A program made the position numbers and the translations under genes. The notes under the pieces were generated by a model. It saw only the letters and a list, made by a program, of their open reading frames with translations, was not told the origin of the DNA and did no database searches. Below, in pieces: positions 26,521 to 37,858 of a DNA stretch of 38,220 nucleotides (position 1 is its first letter; each line of letters opens with the position of its first letter). The DNA is taken from NCBI RefSeq assembly GCF_001194135.2, contig NC_068992.1:45522976-45561195 (forward strand), read 5' to 3'. Source of the DNA: Octopus bimaculoides. Taxonomy: Eukaryota.

Positions 26521-26650
26521 TACAGCCCGTCAGTCCACTCTCTGCCAAGTCCACTAAGATAACTTTCGTCGGCACCTACCCAAGCTGTCATGCAGTGGGA
26601 GTGGATCCTCTACCATGTGGTTGGCATGCAAATTTCTCACCGCGCGCCTA
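26521..26650 (-). mobile_element. Diverged tRNA-derived SINE (family of 35203-35361)
   Basis: Minus strand taggcgc...ccaaccacatggt...cccactgcatgacagcttgggtaggtg is colinear with the head of the 35.3 kb copy (gcgcagg...gcacgtggtaccttgggcaagt). Confidence 0.55.
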
Positions 26651-27584
26651 CGTATACGCTTCTATGTACAAGTGTTTGTGTTGTTGGGTATTTTTTTGTG
26701 CAGATTTTGTTGCGATGTAGACGTTATTGCTACCAATATGAAAATTTGCTATTGTATATATATTGTCAATGTTATTGTAGTCAATGAAATTAAATCTCTG
26801 TATAACATATTTCTTATTTGTTGTTTATCAAGTATTTGTACGTAAGATAATAAAGGATAAATTCTGTCCAACTGAGAATAAACAATTACAACCTGCTTTA
26901 CAATCTATATAAAAACAAAATCTGGCACATAGAGGCATTTAAAGACATATACATACTTGTACACAGAAACATACCTACTTATACAATGAAAATTAATTCT
27001 TAATAATTATCAATGATAAACATTAACTAACAAAACGTGACAATTCACAGCATGGAGTCAGGCATTTCTTTATTTCGAAGAGGTTGACTGACTGAAGTTT
27101 AACTGGAGTGGCTTGGAAAACAGCTTAATACGTCTATTCGACGACAGAACTAAAAGAAAACGCGAACACTTATAATATGAAATGGAAAATCATTGAGAAT
27201 TTGAAATTATATGTAAACGGTAACTGAAGAAGTCACTCTTTACAGAAGAAAAAATATATGATTCTTAGAAATCTTCGGAATTCCTTTCGCCGCCTCATTA
27301 TATAATTCGAAATGTTTGACCATCTTTGAAAATACTGCAATACTTATTACCATCAAATTAAATACCACCTCCGTACCATCCATATATTTAGTTCTTTTGT
27401 TAGAAATATATCAGTACAGAATACATATATTCATTAAATATATACGCTATTTTTGTGCGTCCTTAAGAATGTATAACTTATCAACAGACAACATAGCATT
27501 TAATAAATTCCCTGATGTCCTTATTCAAGTTATTCTCTCATTTCATCACATTTGATGTCATATATGTATGTATGTGTGCGTGTA

Positions 27585-27628
<44 letters not shown>

Positions 27629-27685
27629 NNNNNNNNNNNNNNNNNNNNNNNNNNNNNNNNNNNNNNNNNNNNNNACGTACGTACG

Positions 27686-27718
<33 letters not shown>

Positions 27719-27778
27719 GACATCAATACATACATACATACATGCATACATATATATATATATATATGTCTGTCTATA

Positions 27779-29024
27779 TAGGGGTTGGACAAAATAACTT
27801 ATTTCAATATGGGGTAGGATGGCGTTTGTCAGTAATTACAGCTTGAATTCTACGAGGTGTGGACTTGTACAAAGTTTGAATTGTTTCTAAAGAAAGTTTT
27901 GTCCATCCATCAGCTAAAACAGTCACCATTTCTTGTAGTTATGATGGTGGAGGATATCGACTCCTTACTTGTCTTTTTCTAAAATGTAGCATAAATGTTC
28001 GATAATATTGAGATCTGGGGACTGTGGTGGCCAGATTAGATGTTCAACTTCCCTAGAATGTTCCTCGTGCCATTCAGTAACAACTTTAGCTGTGTGAATT
28101 GGTGCATTATCATCCTGAAAGATTGCGTTTCCCTCCGGAAACAAGTCCGCAATCATAGGATGAATTTGATCAGATAAAATGATTAAATTGTCTTGACTAC
28201 TAATTCTGCCATGAAGGAAAACCATTGAGCTGGCGGATTTCCAAGATATAGCCCTCCAGATCATCACAGATCCTCCTCCATATTTAACAGTTGGAAGAAA
28301 GCAGTGTGGGTCAAATGCTTCTTTTGGCTGTCTCCATACCTATACTCGGCCGTTGGTCGGATATAATGTAAAGGATGACTCGTCCGAGAAAATAACATCC
28401 TCCCACTGCTCTAGGGACCAATTCTGTTGGTTTTACTCCACTCTAAATGCTTTGCAAGGTTTGTTTTTGAAAGTAGTGGTTTTCTGATTGCAGCCCTCCC
28501 ATAAAATCCGGCTTTGTGCAGCTCCAGCGAACAGATTTTGTGGAAATTGGATTATCGAGGTGGTCATTCCGCACTGCAGTAATTTTGGGAGCTGCACTTT
28601 TCTGATCATTTCTAACAATTCGCGTAAGAGTCCGACGTCCCTATCTGAAGGTGTTTGTTTCCTTCCGGATTTTTGTTTCGACGAGCAAGTTTTTTCCCTC
28701 TTTCTCAAAGGCTGTCATTACTTTCGAGACAGTACTTCTTGATACACCAAACATTTCGGCTGTTTTTGTTACGCTTGCGCCTGCCATACGAGCACCAACA
28801 ATTTTGACTTCTTTGAAAGTTCGATAGATCTGTCGTTTTATTGAATATTAATTACCTTTTTCTGATGATATTTGAAAAGAGACAAAAAATTTAGCAAAAT
28901 ATAATAAGCAACACTAATAAGAAATAAACAAAAACATGAATAAACAAGCTTTTGACGGTTTATAGATATTTGAAAATTACGATGCTATGATGCTATGTGT
29001 TTCCATTATTTTGTCCAACCCCTG
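27779..29024 (-). mobile_element. Tc1/mariner-superfamily DNA transposon, near full length (1246 bp), DD36E type
   Basis: Terminal inverted repeat AGGGGTTGGACAAAATAA at 27780-27797 and its reverse complement at 29006-29023 (right end CAGGGG; left terminal C is T). Both flanks are TA, and there is an internal transposase remnant. Confidence 0.93.
27804..28836 (-). pseudogene. Tc1-like transposase pseudogene
   Basis: Start ACG (presumed decayed ATG) TDLSNFQRSQ-IVGARMAGASVTKTAEMFGVSRSTVSK (HTH); GRAAIRKP; FSDESSF (first D); FQDDNAPIH...WPPQSPDLNIIEHL (D and E, 36 residues apart); C-terminus PRRIQAVITDKRHPTPY*. It carries several frameshifts and stops. Confidence 0.93.
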
Positions 29025-31306
29025 TATATATANNNNNNNNNNNNNNNNNNNNNNNNNNNNNNNNNNNNNNNNNNNNNNNNNNNNNNNNNNNNNNNNNNNN
29101 NNNNNNNNNNNNNNNNNNNNNNNNNNNNNNNNNNNNNNNNNNNNNNNNNNNNNNNNNNNNNNNNNNNNNNNNNNNNNNNNNNNNNNNNNNNNNNNNNNNN
29201 NNNNNNNNNNNNNNNNNNNNNNNNNNNNNNNNNNNNNNNNNNNNNNNNNNNNNNNNNNNNNNNNNNNNNNNNNNNNNNNNNNNNNNNNNNNNNNNNNNNN
29301 NNNNNNNNNNNNNNNNNNNNNNNNNNNNNNNNNNNNNNNNNNNNNNNNNNNNNNNNNNNNNNNNNNNNNNNNNNNNNNNNNNNNNNNNNNNNNNNNNNNN
29401 NNNNNNNNNNNNNNNNNNNNNNNNNNNNNNNNNNNNNNNNNNNNNNNNNNNNNNNNNNNNNNNNNNNNNNNNNNNNNNNNNNNNNNNNNNNNNNNNNNNN
29501 NNNNNNNNNNNNNNNNNNNNNNNNNNNNNNNNNNNNNNNNNNNNNNNNNNNNNNNNNNNNNNNNNNNNNNNNNNNNNNNNNNNNNNNNNNNNNNNNNNNN
29601 NNNNNNNNNNNNNNNNNNNNNNNNNNNNNNNNNNNNNNNNNNNNNNNNNNNNNNNNNNNNNNNNNNNNNNNNNNNNNNNNNNNNNNNNNNNNNNNNNNNN
29701 NNNNNNNNNNNNNNNNNNNNNNNNNNNNNNNNNNNNNNNNNNNNNNNNNNNNNNNNNNNNNNNNNNNNNNNNNNNNNNNNNNNNNNNNNNNNNNNNNNNN
29801 NNNNNNNNNNNNNNNNNNNNNNNNNNNNNNNNNNNNNNNNNNNNNNNNNNNNNNNNNNNNNNNNNNNNNNNNNNNNNNNNNNNNNNNNNNNNNNNNNNNN
29901 NNNNNNNNNNNNNNNNNNNNNNNNNNNNNNNNNNNNNNNNNNNNNNNNNNNNNNNNNNNNNNNNNNNNNNNNNNNNNNNNNNNNNNNNACATTTATATAT
30001 ATATATATAAATAGATATATACATTTATATATATATATATATATAAATGTATGTATGTATGTATGTATGTATTTATATGTATATACATGAACCTATACAG
30101 AGTATATATATGTACACATATATACCTTAATTCAGATAGCATCTGTGAAGAACAATTATAGTATTAATGCCTGCGGTCATGTTTCCCGTCTTTAATTGCC
30201 ATTTGGAAAACGGTAATCTTGACTTCCCTGGAGATTATTTCAGCGAAAGGCTCTTGAGAATTACACACCGTATTTTCCCTCTTTTTCTCTCTCACCCCTG
30301 TGCAATTCTGAATAACAATGACTCTTTTTACACAGCAATCTTGCTCTCACTGACCTACACCTCACTTTGATTGGCAGCAGTTCTTTCTACACCTTGACCC
30401 TCCCGACAAACACAAAACAGTTACTAAAAACACATTCATATAACGTCTATCAGAAACATGCACACTCAAATACGTATAATTAATACACCACAAAGCATGC
30501 TTATATGCGCGTGTGTGGCTGTGGAAGTGTATATGTATACATGTGCTTATACAGATATATAAACACACACATTTACTCACAGACATATTCATATGCACAC
30601 GCTCAACTATAGATGTATATATATATATATATACACTCCATAAACACGTATAACTGTATAATAAATCGCCACCACAGATTAACACGCAAACACATAGGCA
30701 CAGACGTCACATTCACAGATTTAGTCACACATGAAGTCCCACACTCGGAAACATACGCAGAAACATACACATACATTCATGCATACATACACAGGCACAT
30801 ATGTATCACAGAAACACAAGTAAACATCATAGCTCCCTACCACATATTTCACATATGCACACACACACGTTCGCATATACATGTACATATTGTCAGTACA
30901 TACACAACGTCCAAACACAGATACAAAATTAAAAATATAAAGAAATCGAACATAAGTCCGTAGATCTGAATGAAAATCCTTCTTGTCACTGACAGCCAAT
31001 CAATAGATTTCGAAAGGATTTTACTTACCAACCAATCAATATGCTTGTATTTAAACAATGTTTCCCGAAAACTGTCATTGTATCATGTTCTAGTTGTTGT
31101 TGTTGTTGTTGTGATTGTTGCTGTTGTTAAATCAACTGTATCGTGTACGGCCATGACGATAATTCTTAGAAATTATTTATTTATTTAGCTATTCATTTTC
31201 ATATATAAGAAAAGTATTTTCATATATAGCTATAACAGCTTCCTTGTGAAATACTGAATATTTCACCATAGTATTACATTTTAGTACCGAAATATTATTA
31301 TTTTTA

Positions 31307-31937
<631 letters not shown>

Positions 31938-31940
<3 letters not shown>

Positions 31941-33451
31941 CATAAACCCACATGTCAGCAATGCTCGGGCACTGAACAATTGCATTCAGGACCGTCTCCT
32001 CGTCCTGTGCGCATCTCGGACATGCTCGGCTTGTGAAGTCTATCATGAACATGCAAAGCCCCTTGGTAGCACTGCCGGGCTAGAGATTTTTGGAAATTAT
32101 CCATTGGTCCGGGCCCGAAAGTTCTCCGGAAAACGCGACTAGCTTATCTTCGACGCCCAAGATCTCCCCAAGAACGTCGTCGCACTTTTCCTCCACCGAA
32201 CCTCTATAAAAGGCAAAAATGGACGTTCCACCTACCACACTATCTGATTGGCTGAGGGCTGTGTGCGCTAGAAGACATTCCACTTTCCAAAATCTCCCCT
32301 TCGGTCTCTGTTTTAACCAGGACGGCAGTCCGTTAAGGATACTAGCTGCGGAAATAGTGTCTGAAGAAAGGCAACCACAGCTGTTCACCGCTAAGAAGGC
32401 ACTGGAAATATCGTAGCCTCAGTGCATGCCTCTGCATCATCAACCACGGCTTGCCCAGTCCACTACGCGGCGGATGCTTACAGCAGATAGACCGCCTGAC
32501 CATCTGGACGCGTCCCTTCCTCAAGGAGCGTACAAATATACGCTCCAGCGAAATTAGACGGTGGCCAGGACAAAGCACGACGGTCAAACGATAGTAGATG
32601 ACGAACGCGATATACACGTTAGCCACTTCTGCCCTACCTTTCTGGGACAGCTTTCTCTCGGCCCATATCCTGGTGAGAAAAGTCACCCTGCTCCTTCGTC
32701 CCAATTTTTGTCCATCTGGATGTCCAGACAGAATCAGACTCCGAGCAATTTAACCGCTCCGTCCGTCCGTCCGTCCGTCCAGCGCCCAACGACGCAATTG
32801 GCCGGTATGGACTTGCTTCCCCAGGTGCCGAGACACAAGCCCACTGATTTGTCCTGCTTAATTGTTGCTTCTGAAACCGCTTTGTAGTCCTTGAGAGCGG
32901 GGCCGAGCATTTCTGTGTTCATGACCTGACACCACAACGGTGACGTCGTCGGCACATGCCGACACGCATCTCCCACGTCCTAGGCCACGTGGGATGCCAC
33001 TCAACGTAGAAGATACATGAGAGGGGACAACCTTGTCGGACCGAGCGCATGATGTTGAACGGCTCTGAGAGGTGACAGTTCACTCCGACCACTGAACAGA
33101 TATTGCTGTGCATTGCAGCGATCCAGCCTCTGAATACAGTCCCGCAACCAGCTGCCTTGGGGACCACCACCGGGTATAGATGGTCGACCCTATCGAACGC
33201 TTTAGACTGATACAATTTGATCATGGCCTCATCCGGGCCAGGTTCTTTAGCCACATTTTCAATGATGTTTCACATTAGGTGGAGGTTGTTGTGGATGGAT
33301 CCTTTCGGGATGGCACATGTCTGTACCTCCCCTACCAGATCCCCGACGACAAGCGCCAACCTCGTAGCTAATACCTTGCCCCAAATTTTGAACTTTGAAT
33401 TCAGCAAATTTATAGGCCTAAAGCTGTAAAAACAATCCCACTTGTTCGGAT
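31938..33451 (-). mobile_element. Tx1/L1-clade LINE ORF2 fragment (RT plus CCHC knuckle), truncated at both ends
   Basis: Across frameshifts: FRPINLLNSKFKIL-KVLATRL...QTCAIPKGSIHNNLHL...SKAFDRVDH...SVRQGCPLS...SACADDVTVVV (YADD decayed)...VKLLGV...RKLSQKGRAEVAN...CPRCAQDEETVLNAIVQC. There is a deletion just after QGCPLS. Confidence 0.92.
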
Positions 33452-33559
33452 GAGGGAAATCCCTTTAAGAGCAGAAAGAGGGAAATCCCGATAAGCATAC
33501 AAAAATTGCGAGATTGTCCCAACAGGATTATCCTTAATTGGTTAGTCTCATGCTATTGT

Positions 33560-33900
33560 TTTTTCGCATTATAGTTATTTTCTATGGCTTTTTAAATGTA
33601 ACCAAGTCTGTATAAAGCCCGTTCGTATAGATAAATCGTCCCATTAATGTCTGTCGTTTTTTGCACTTGTGGCAAATATAACAATTTTAATTTTTATTTT
33701 TATTCTCGTTCATATTTTGTTATTATTATTGTTTTCGTAATTGTCTTTGTTCTTGTCGTTGTTGTTGCTTTCTCCGCTGATTGTTAGCTGTAATCATCAA
33801 CCGGCTCCGTAGCTTCGTTGCTCGTCATTCGCCTATGGCATTCGTTCTACGCTCTGAAGAAAGCGGAGACGCCGAAAGACCATTTCAAACACGTAATATA
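33560..33900 (+). mobile_element. Possible Penelope-like element 3' terminal (pLTR-like) remnant
   Basis: It ends in a hammerhead-core-like CTGAAGA-stem(GCG GAGA CGC)-GAAA motif, the kind of motif carried by Penelope pLTRs. There is no convincing ORF, so the assignment is inference. Confidence 0.3.
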
Positions 33901-34496
33901 TTCTCTGATAGAAATGGAAATTACAAGGAAATTGCTATGAAATCTCTTTCATGATCTTTGGATTCGTCGGAGGAAATTGTAAGATTCCTCACGGCACTAC
34001 TGGCCAAATGAAGAGAGTATTCTTGCAACCACATACGCAGAGAACGGTATACACGCTGTCATACACATGTATGTATGTATGCATGTATGTATGTATGTAT
34101 GTATGTATGTATGTATGTATGTATGTTTGTATATATATATATATATACATGTTTATATATGTATATGTATAAATAATATATAATATATATATACATATTT
34201 ATATATATGCATGTGTATATATATGTGTGTATATNNNNNNNNNNNNNNNNNNNNNNNNNNNNNNNNNNNNNNNNNNNNNNNNNNNNNNNNNNNNNNNNNN
34301 NNNNNNNNNNNNNNNNNNNNNNNNNNNNNNNNNNNNNNNNNNNNNNNNNNNNNNNNNNNNNNNNNNNNNNNNNNNNNNNNNNNNNNNNNNNNNNNNNNNN
34401 NNNNNNNNNNNNNNNNNNNNNNNNNNNNNNNNNNNNNNNNNNNNNNNNNNNNNNNNNNNNNNNNNNNNNNNNNNNNNATACATACATATATATATG

Positions 34497-34552
<56 letters not shown>

Positions 34553-35202
34553 TATACTTACATATATGCATACCCACATACTCAGGCATATACAATCACA
34601 ATAAATTTAGGTATATGTGTATGTGTATAGACATGTGCATCTATTTATCTCTCCTTTTCTCTCTCTCTATCTCTGTATCAACATACACACACATACACAT
34701 ATATGTATATATATATAGAGAGAGAAAGAGAGAGAAAGAGAAAATTAGATAGATATAGATTCATATATATCTCCATATATATTTATAGATATACCTTAGT
34801 AGATGTGTATGTATGCTGGGACAGGTGTCCGTGTTTCGGTGTGTCTGTGTACTCACAGACTCGCAGTTACATATGTATGCGAACGTTCTATATCACTCTT
34901 CGCAATTATGACATTCATAATATAGATGTAAGTGTTGCTTATTTTGATCGTAAGGGTAAATAACATTATTAGCTCTGTATGAAAGATATTGGAAGTGCAG
35001 TATAAACAATATTGCAAACCCAGTGCAAAAGATGTTGCAGACTCAGGCTAATAATATTGAGATAACAGTAACCTACTGACTAACTGCAGTGAAAATTCAG
35101 TGAAAGGGGACTATCATATTCCTGTCTCTCTGTTTGTCTGTCTGTCTGTTTTTCTGTTTATCGGTATATTCACATATATACAAATATATATACACATACC
35201 AT

Positions 35203-35361
35203 GGGCTTCTTTCAGTTTTCGTCTGCTGTATCTACTCAATCCTTTGGTCGGTCCGGAACTATAGTAGACATTACTTGCCCAAGGTACCACGTGCTGAGAC
35301 TGTACTCGGAACTCTGTTATTGAGAGGCAACATTTGTACAACGCACCCATACCTGCGCTTA
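35203..35361 (-). mobile_element. tRNA-derived SINE with (TA/CA)n tail
   Basis: Minus strand aagcgcaggtatgggtgcgttg...gagtacagtctcagcacgtggtaccttgggcaagt...tctactatag...gaccgaccaaagg...gacgaaaactgaaagaagccc, followed by a dinucleotide tail. This is a recalled abundant octopus SINE. Confidence 0.8.
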
Positions 35362-35580
35362 TTTCTGATGTTGATGATTTCTTGCTGAAGATTCCTTGCC
35401 GATGTTTCCTTTGTTCCTTTCCATAGGAATGAGCCATTCGTCTGAGCAGTGAAGAGCCTCTAATTTTCTTGTCAATAGATAACTGATCCTGTTATCAGCT
35501 GCTTGAGTTCGATACCGAGAGAGTTAAATTTCTGTATTTAGGTGACATCACACTATGGTATATCTCAAAAAGTCTTTTTT

Positions 35581-35990
35581 TTAAGATTCTTGTGGAATAT
35601 AGGACGACAGTTTTCCGCATGAGTCAAATCTATTATTCTCCAGCCTCTTAGCATTTTGGGTTTTGTGCCGGATACACCAATAACCAGTAAACTGAATGGT
35701 TATCAATATCATGTCCGCAACCGCACTGAGCACCTTGTCAAAACGCCATTGGTAGCAAACATCGTCGAAGGCAATGGAGCAGCTGCTGAGATGTTGAAGA
35801 GGCTCTCTTTTAGTAGACAAGGGACTGGTTGGTGTTTCTCTCATGACCCATATGCAAAGCTTTGTCTCGTGTCAGTCCGCAAGCGATCTGATCAGTTAAT
35901 GTTCTTGACACTACAAACTCCGCTAACAGATCACTGAATGCGAGTGGTAAGCGTTGACTAACCAGTACAGAACGATGTTGCTTTGCCTTC
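35581..35990 (-). mobile_element. Highly decayed HERO/NeSL-like RLE non-LTR retrotransposon fragment (CCHC region)
   Basis: LIRSLAD*HETKLCIWVMRETPTSPLSTKREPLQHLSSCSIAFDDVCYQWRFDKVLSAVAD resembles the pattern LIxSVYDxLP..NLxxWG..xxPxCPLC....LxHILSSCxxAL..GRYxWRHDxVL. Both knuckle Cys are mutated to Ser. The clade name is inference. Confidence 0.6.
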
Positions 35991-36934
35991 TTGGAAAGCC
36001 AAGGCACTTCTTTAAAAACTCTGGAGATCTTTCTCTCCCGGGTTTCCACGGTTGACATGCTGACATCGTATGATGGCAGGGGCCACAACATCCTTAGCAG
36101 GGCAGCATGCTTATATAACTAAGCTTTAAAGCGACCGAGCTCTCGAGAACCGCCAACGTTCATTAGGTTGTTCTCCAGTTTTTGTTGGCTTTGTGAGTGG
36201 AAACTGTGTCAATCACGTTACTCTCAATGAGTTTCCTCAGGCTCTTGAGTGATTGCTTACTCACGGTTTGGATGGTGGTGCTGGACGAGGTAAAGCAAAA
36301 TTTACTCCACGGATTTCTCATTTAAGGCATCTGGGATAAAGACATGCATCACCCCACCTGCATATAAAATGCTCACATGCGCACAGTTAAACAATAATAA
36401 ATAAAACTCGAAGTGAGGTATATCCATTACACAAGTGCAAGTTTACATATACGCACACACATAGAAATATACACATGCATTTACCCTTCAACCCAGGTGA
36501 CCACAATCCTGTCAGTAATCGCTTGAATTCCAAAAGGAAAAGGAAATTGAATCCCAATGCAAAACGTCATATATTCACTTTTATGCATTATGATTACTAC
36601 ATTTTCTAAACACAGTTCGACATACGGGCCGTTTATATATGTTTCGTATACCTCCTCCACAAAGTAATACAATCATTTAAACACACTTACACAATAATAA
36701 CACCTTAATTGTGATGGTGATGTGGCTGAAGTATATATGTTAAGGCAGTATTGAGTAAAATACATTTGGTAAACCTGCAGCGAAGATCTATGCGATCCAG
36801 TTAACGATATAGTGACAGCTTCCGGTAACACAACCGCTGCCACTGGAAGACATCAGCAAATGATATTTAATCTAGTTCGGCCACGTTACTTACAATATCA
36901 CATTATTTTCATATACATTTGTCAGGTCCAATAT

Positions 36935-37175
36935 TACTGTTGTGGATGTTGGTGATGATAGTTGTGGCAGTAGCGGTGGTTTTATTAATGTTTAGTTAGT
37001 GATCAGTGTGGTTGTAGTGTACTGGTTGTAATAGTGTTGGTGGAGGTTAGAGTAGTGGTGGTGGTGCCTGTGAAGATGCATGTAGTGGTGTTGTGTAGTG
37101 TGATATCTGTAGTAGCGTTGGAAGCGATGGTGGAGGTAGGGGTGGGTGTGGCGGTCGTGTGGTGGCAGTGATAGT
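36935..37175. repeat. Degenerate (GTG/GTA)n low-complexity tract
   Basis: It is Thr/His-rich in minus-strand translation but broken by stops and frame changes. Confidence 0.75.
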
Positions 37176-37549
37176 ACAGTCATCGAGTAGTCTCATGGAA
37201 ACAGACATCTCATAGTTTTCTCCTGTTCATGGAACCTAAGAAACTTTATCAAGCATTTCACTTACTAAGATGACCGAGGATTTGATATGAGGGTGGTTTA
37301 TTTCTGATAGGGATCGATATTATTACTTTTGGTGCGTTCAGCACAACGAAGTCCCAGTGGTGGGTGTAAAGATAGCGATAAAAAGAATGAAAAAGGAATT
37401 AAGTGGAACACAAATCAACCATTTTTTTTAATTTTTAAGGCTGGTACATATTCTATTGGTGTCTTTTGGTGAACAGCTAGAAAACACACACACACATACA
37501 CATATACATAAACGTGTCTTTTGCTCCCCAATCTCTCAGAATACATATA

Positions 37550-37858
37550 TATTACCTTGAAGGGACAAAACACAGCATAGAAGAGTGTCCAGGCGAACAC
37601 TGGCGGAAGCTGAAATAGGAGAAAGGCTCGTTAATGCTCTACCGACATGCTCAAGCAGAACATAGAGGCCCGGTTAATAAAATAGAGGTTAAGGTATTAT
37701 CAACGCATAAAACTGACACGAAACTTAGACATATTACAGAGACTATATACATAGCAATAGACAGAACGAGCCTCAACAGCAAATACGAATGGAACAGTAA
37801 CACCCACGTTGGTTATTTAGATGCCAATTTTGACTTATCTACTGGCGATGTACTATAA
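37550..37858 (+). mobile_element. Penelope-like element GIY-YIG endonuclease fragment
   Basis: One frame reads YYLEGTKHSIEECPGEHWRKLK*EKGSLMLYRHAQAEHRGPVNKIEVKVLSTHKTDTKLRHITETIYIAIDRTSLNSKYEW. This matches the PLE pattern YIGETxRSLxERxxEH...HxxxxH...RxIxE...LNSKxEW, with one in-frame stop at 37616. Confidence 0.72.

Noticed and set aside
35656-35937. Plus-strand 93-aa ORF with weak APE-endonuclease-like AEMLKR
   Set aside because: It is the antisense of the better-supported RLE LINE fragment, and no catalytic APE motifs are present.
36790-37175. Mucin-like Thr-rich exon spliced via a 51-nt GT-AG intron to 36844
   Set aside because: The Thr-rich frame is interrupted by stops and frame changes before the donor, and the intron would be unusually short. 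It is best explained as a degenerate trinucleotide repeat.
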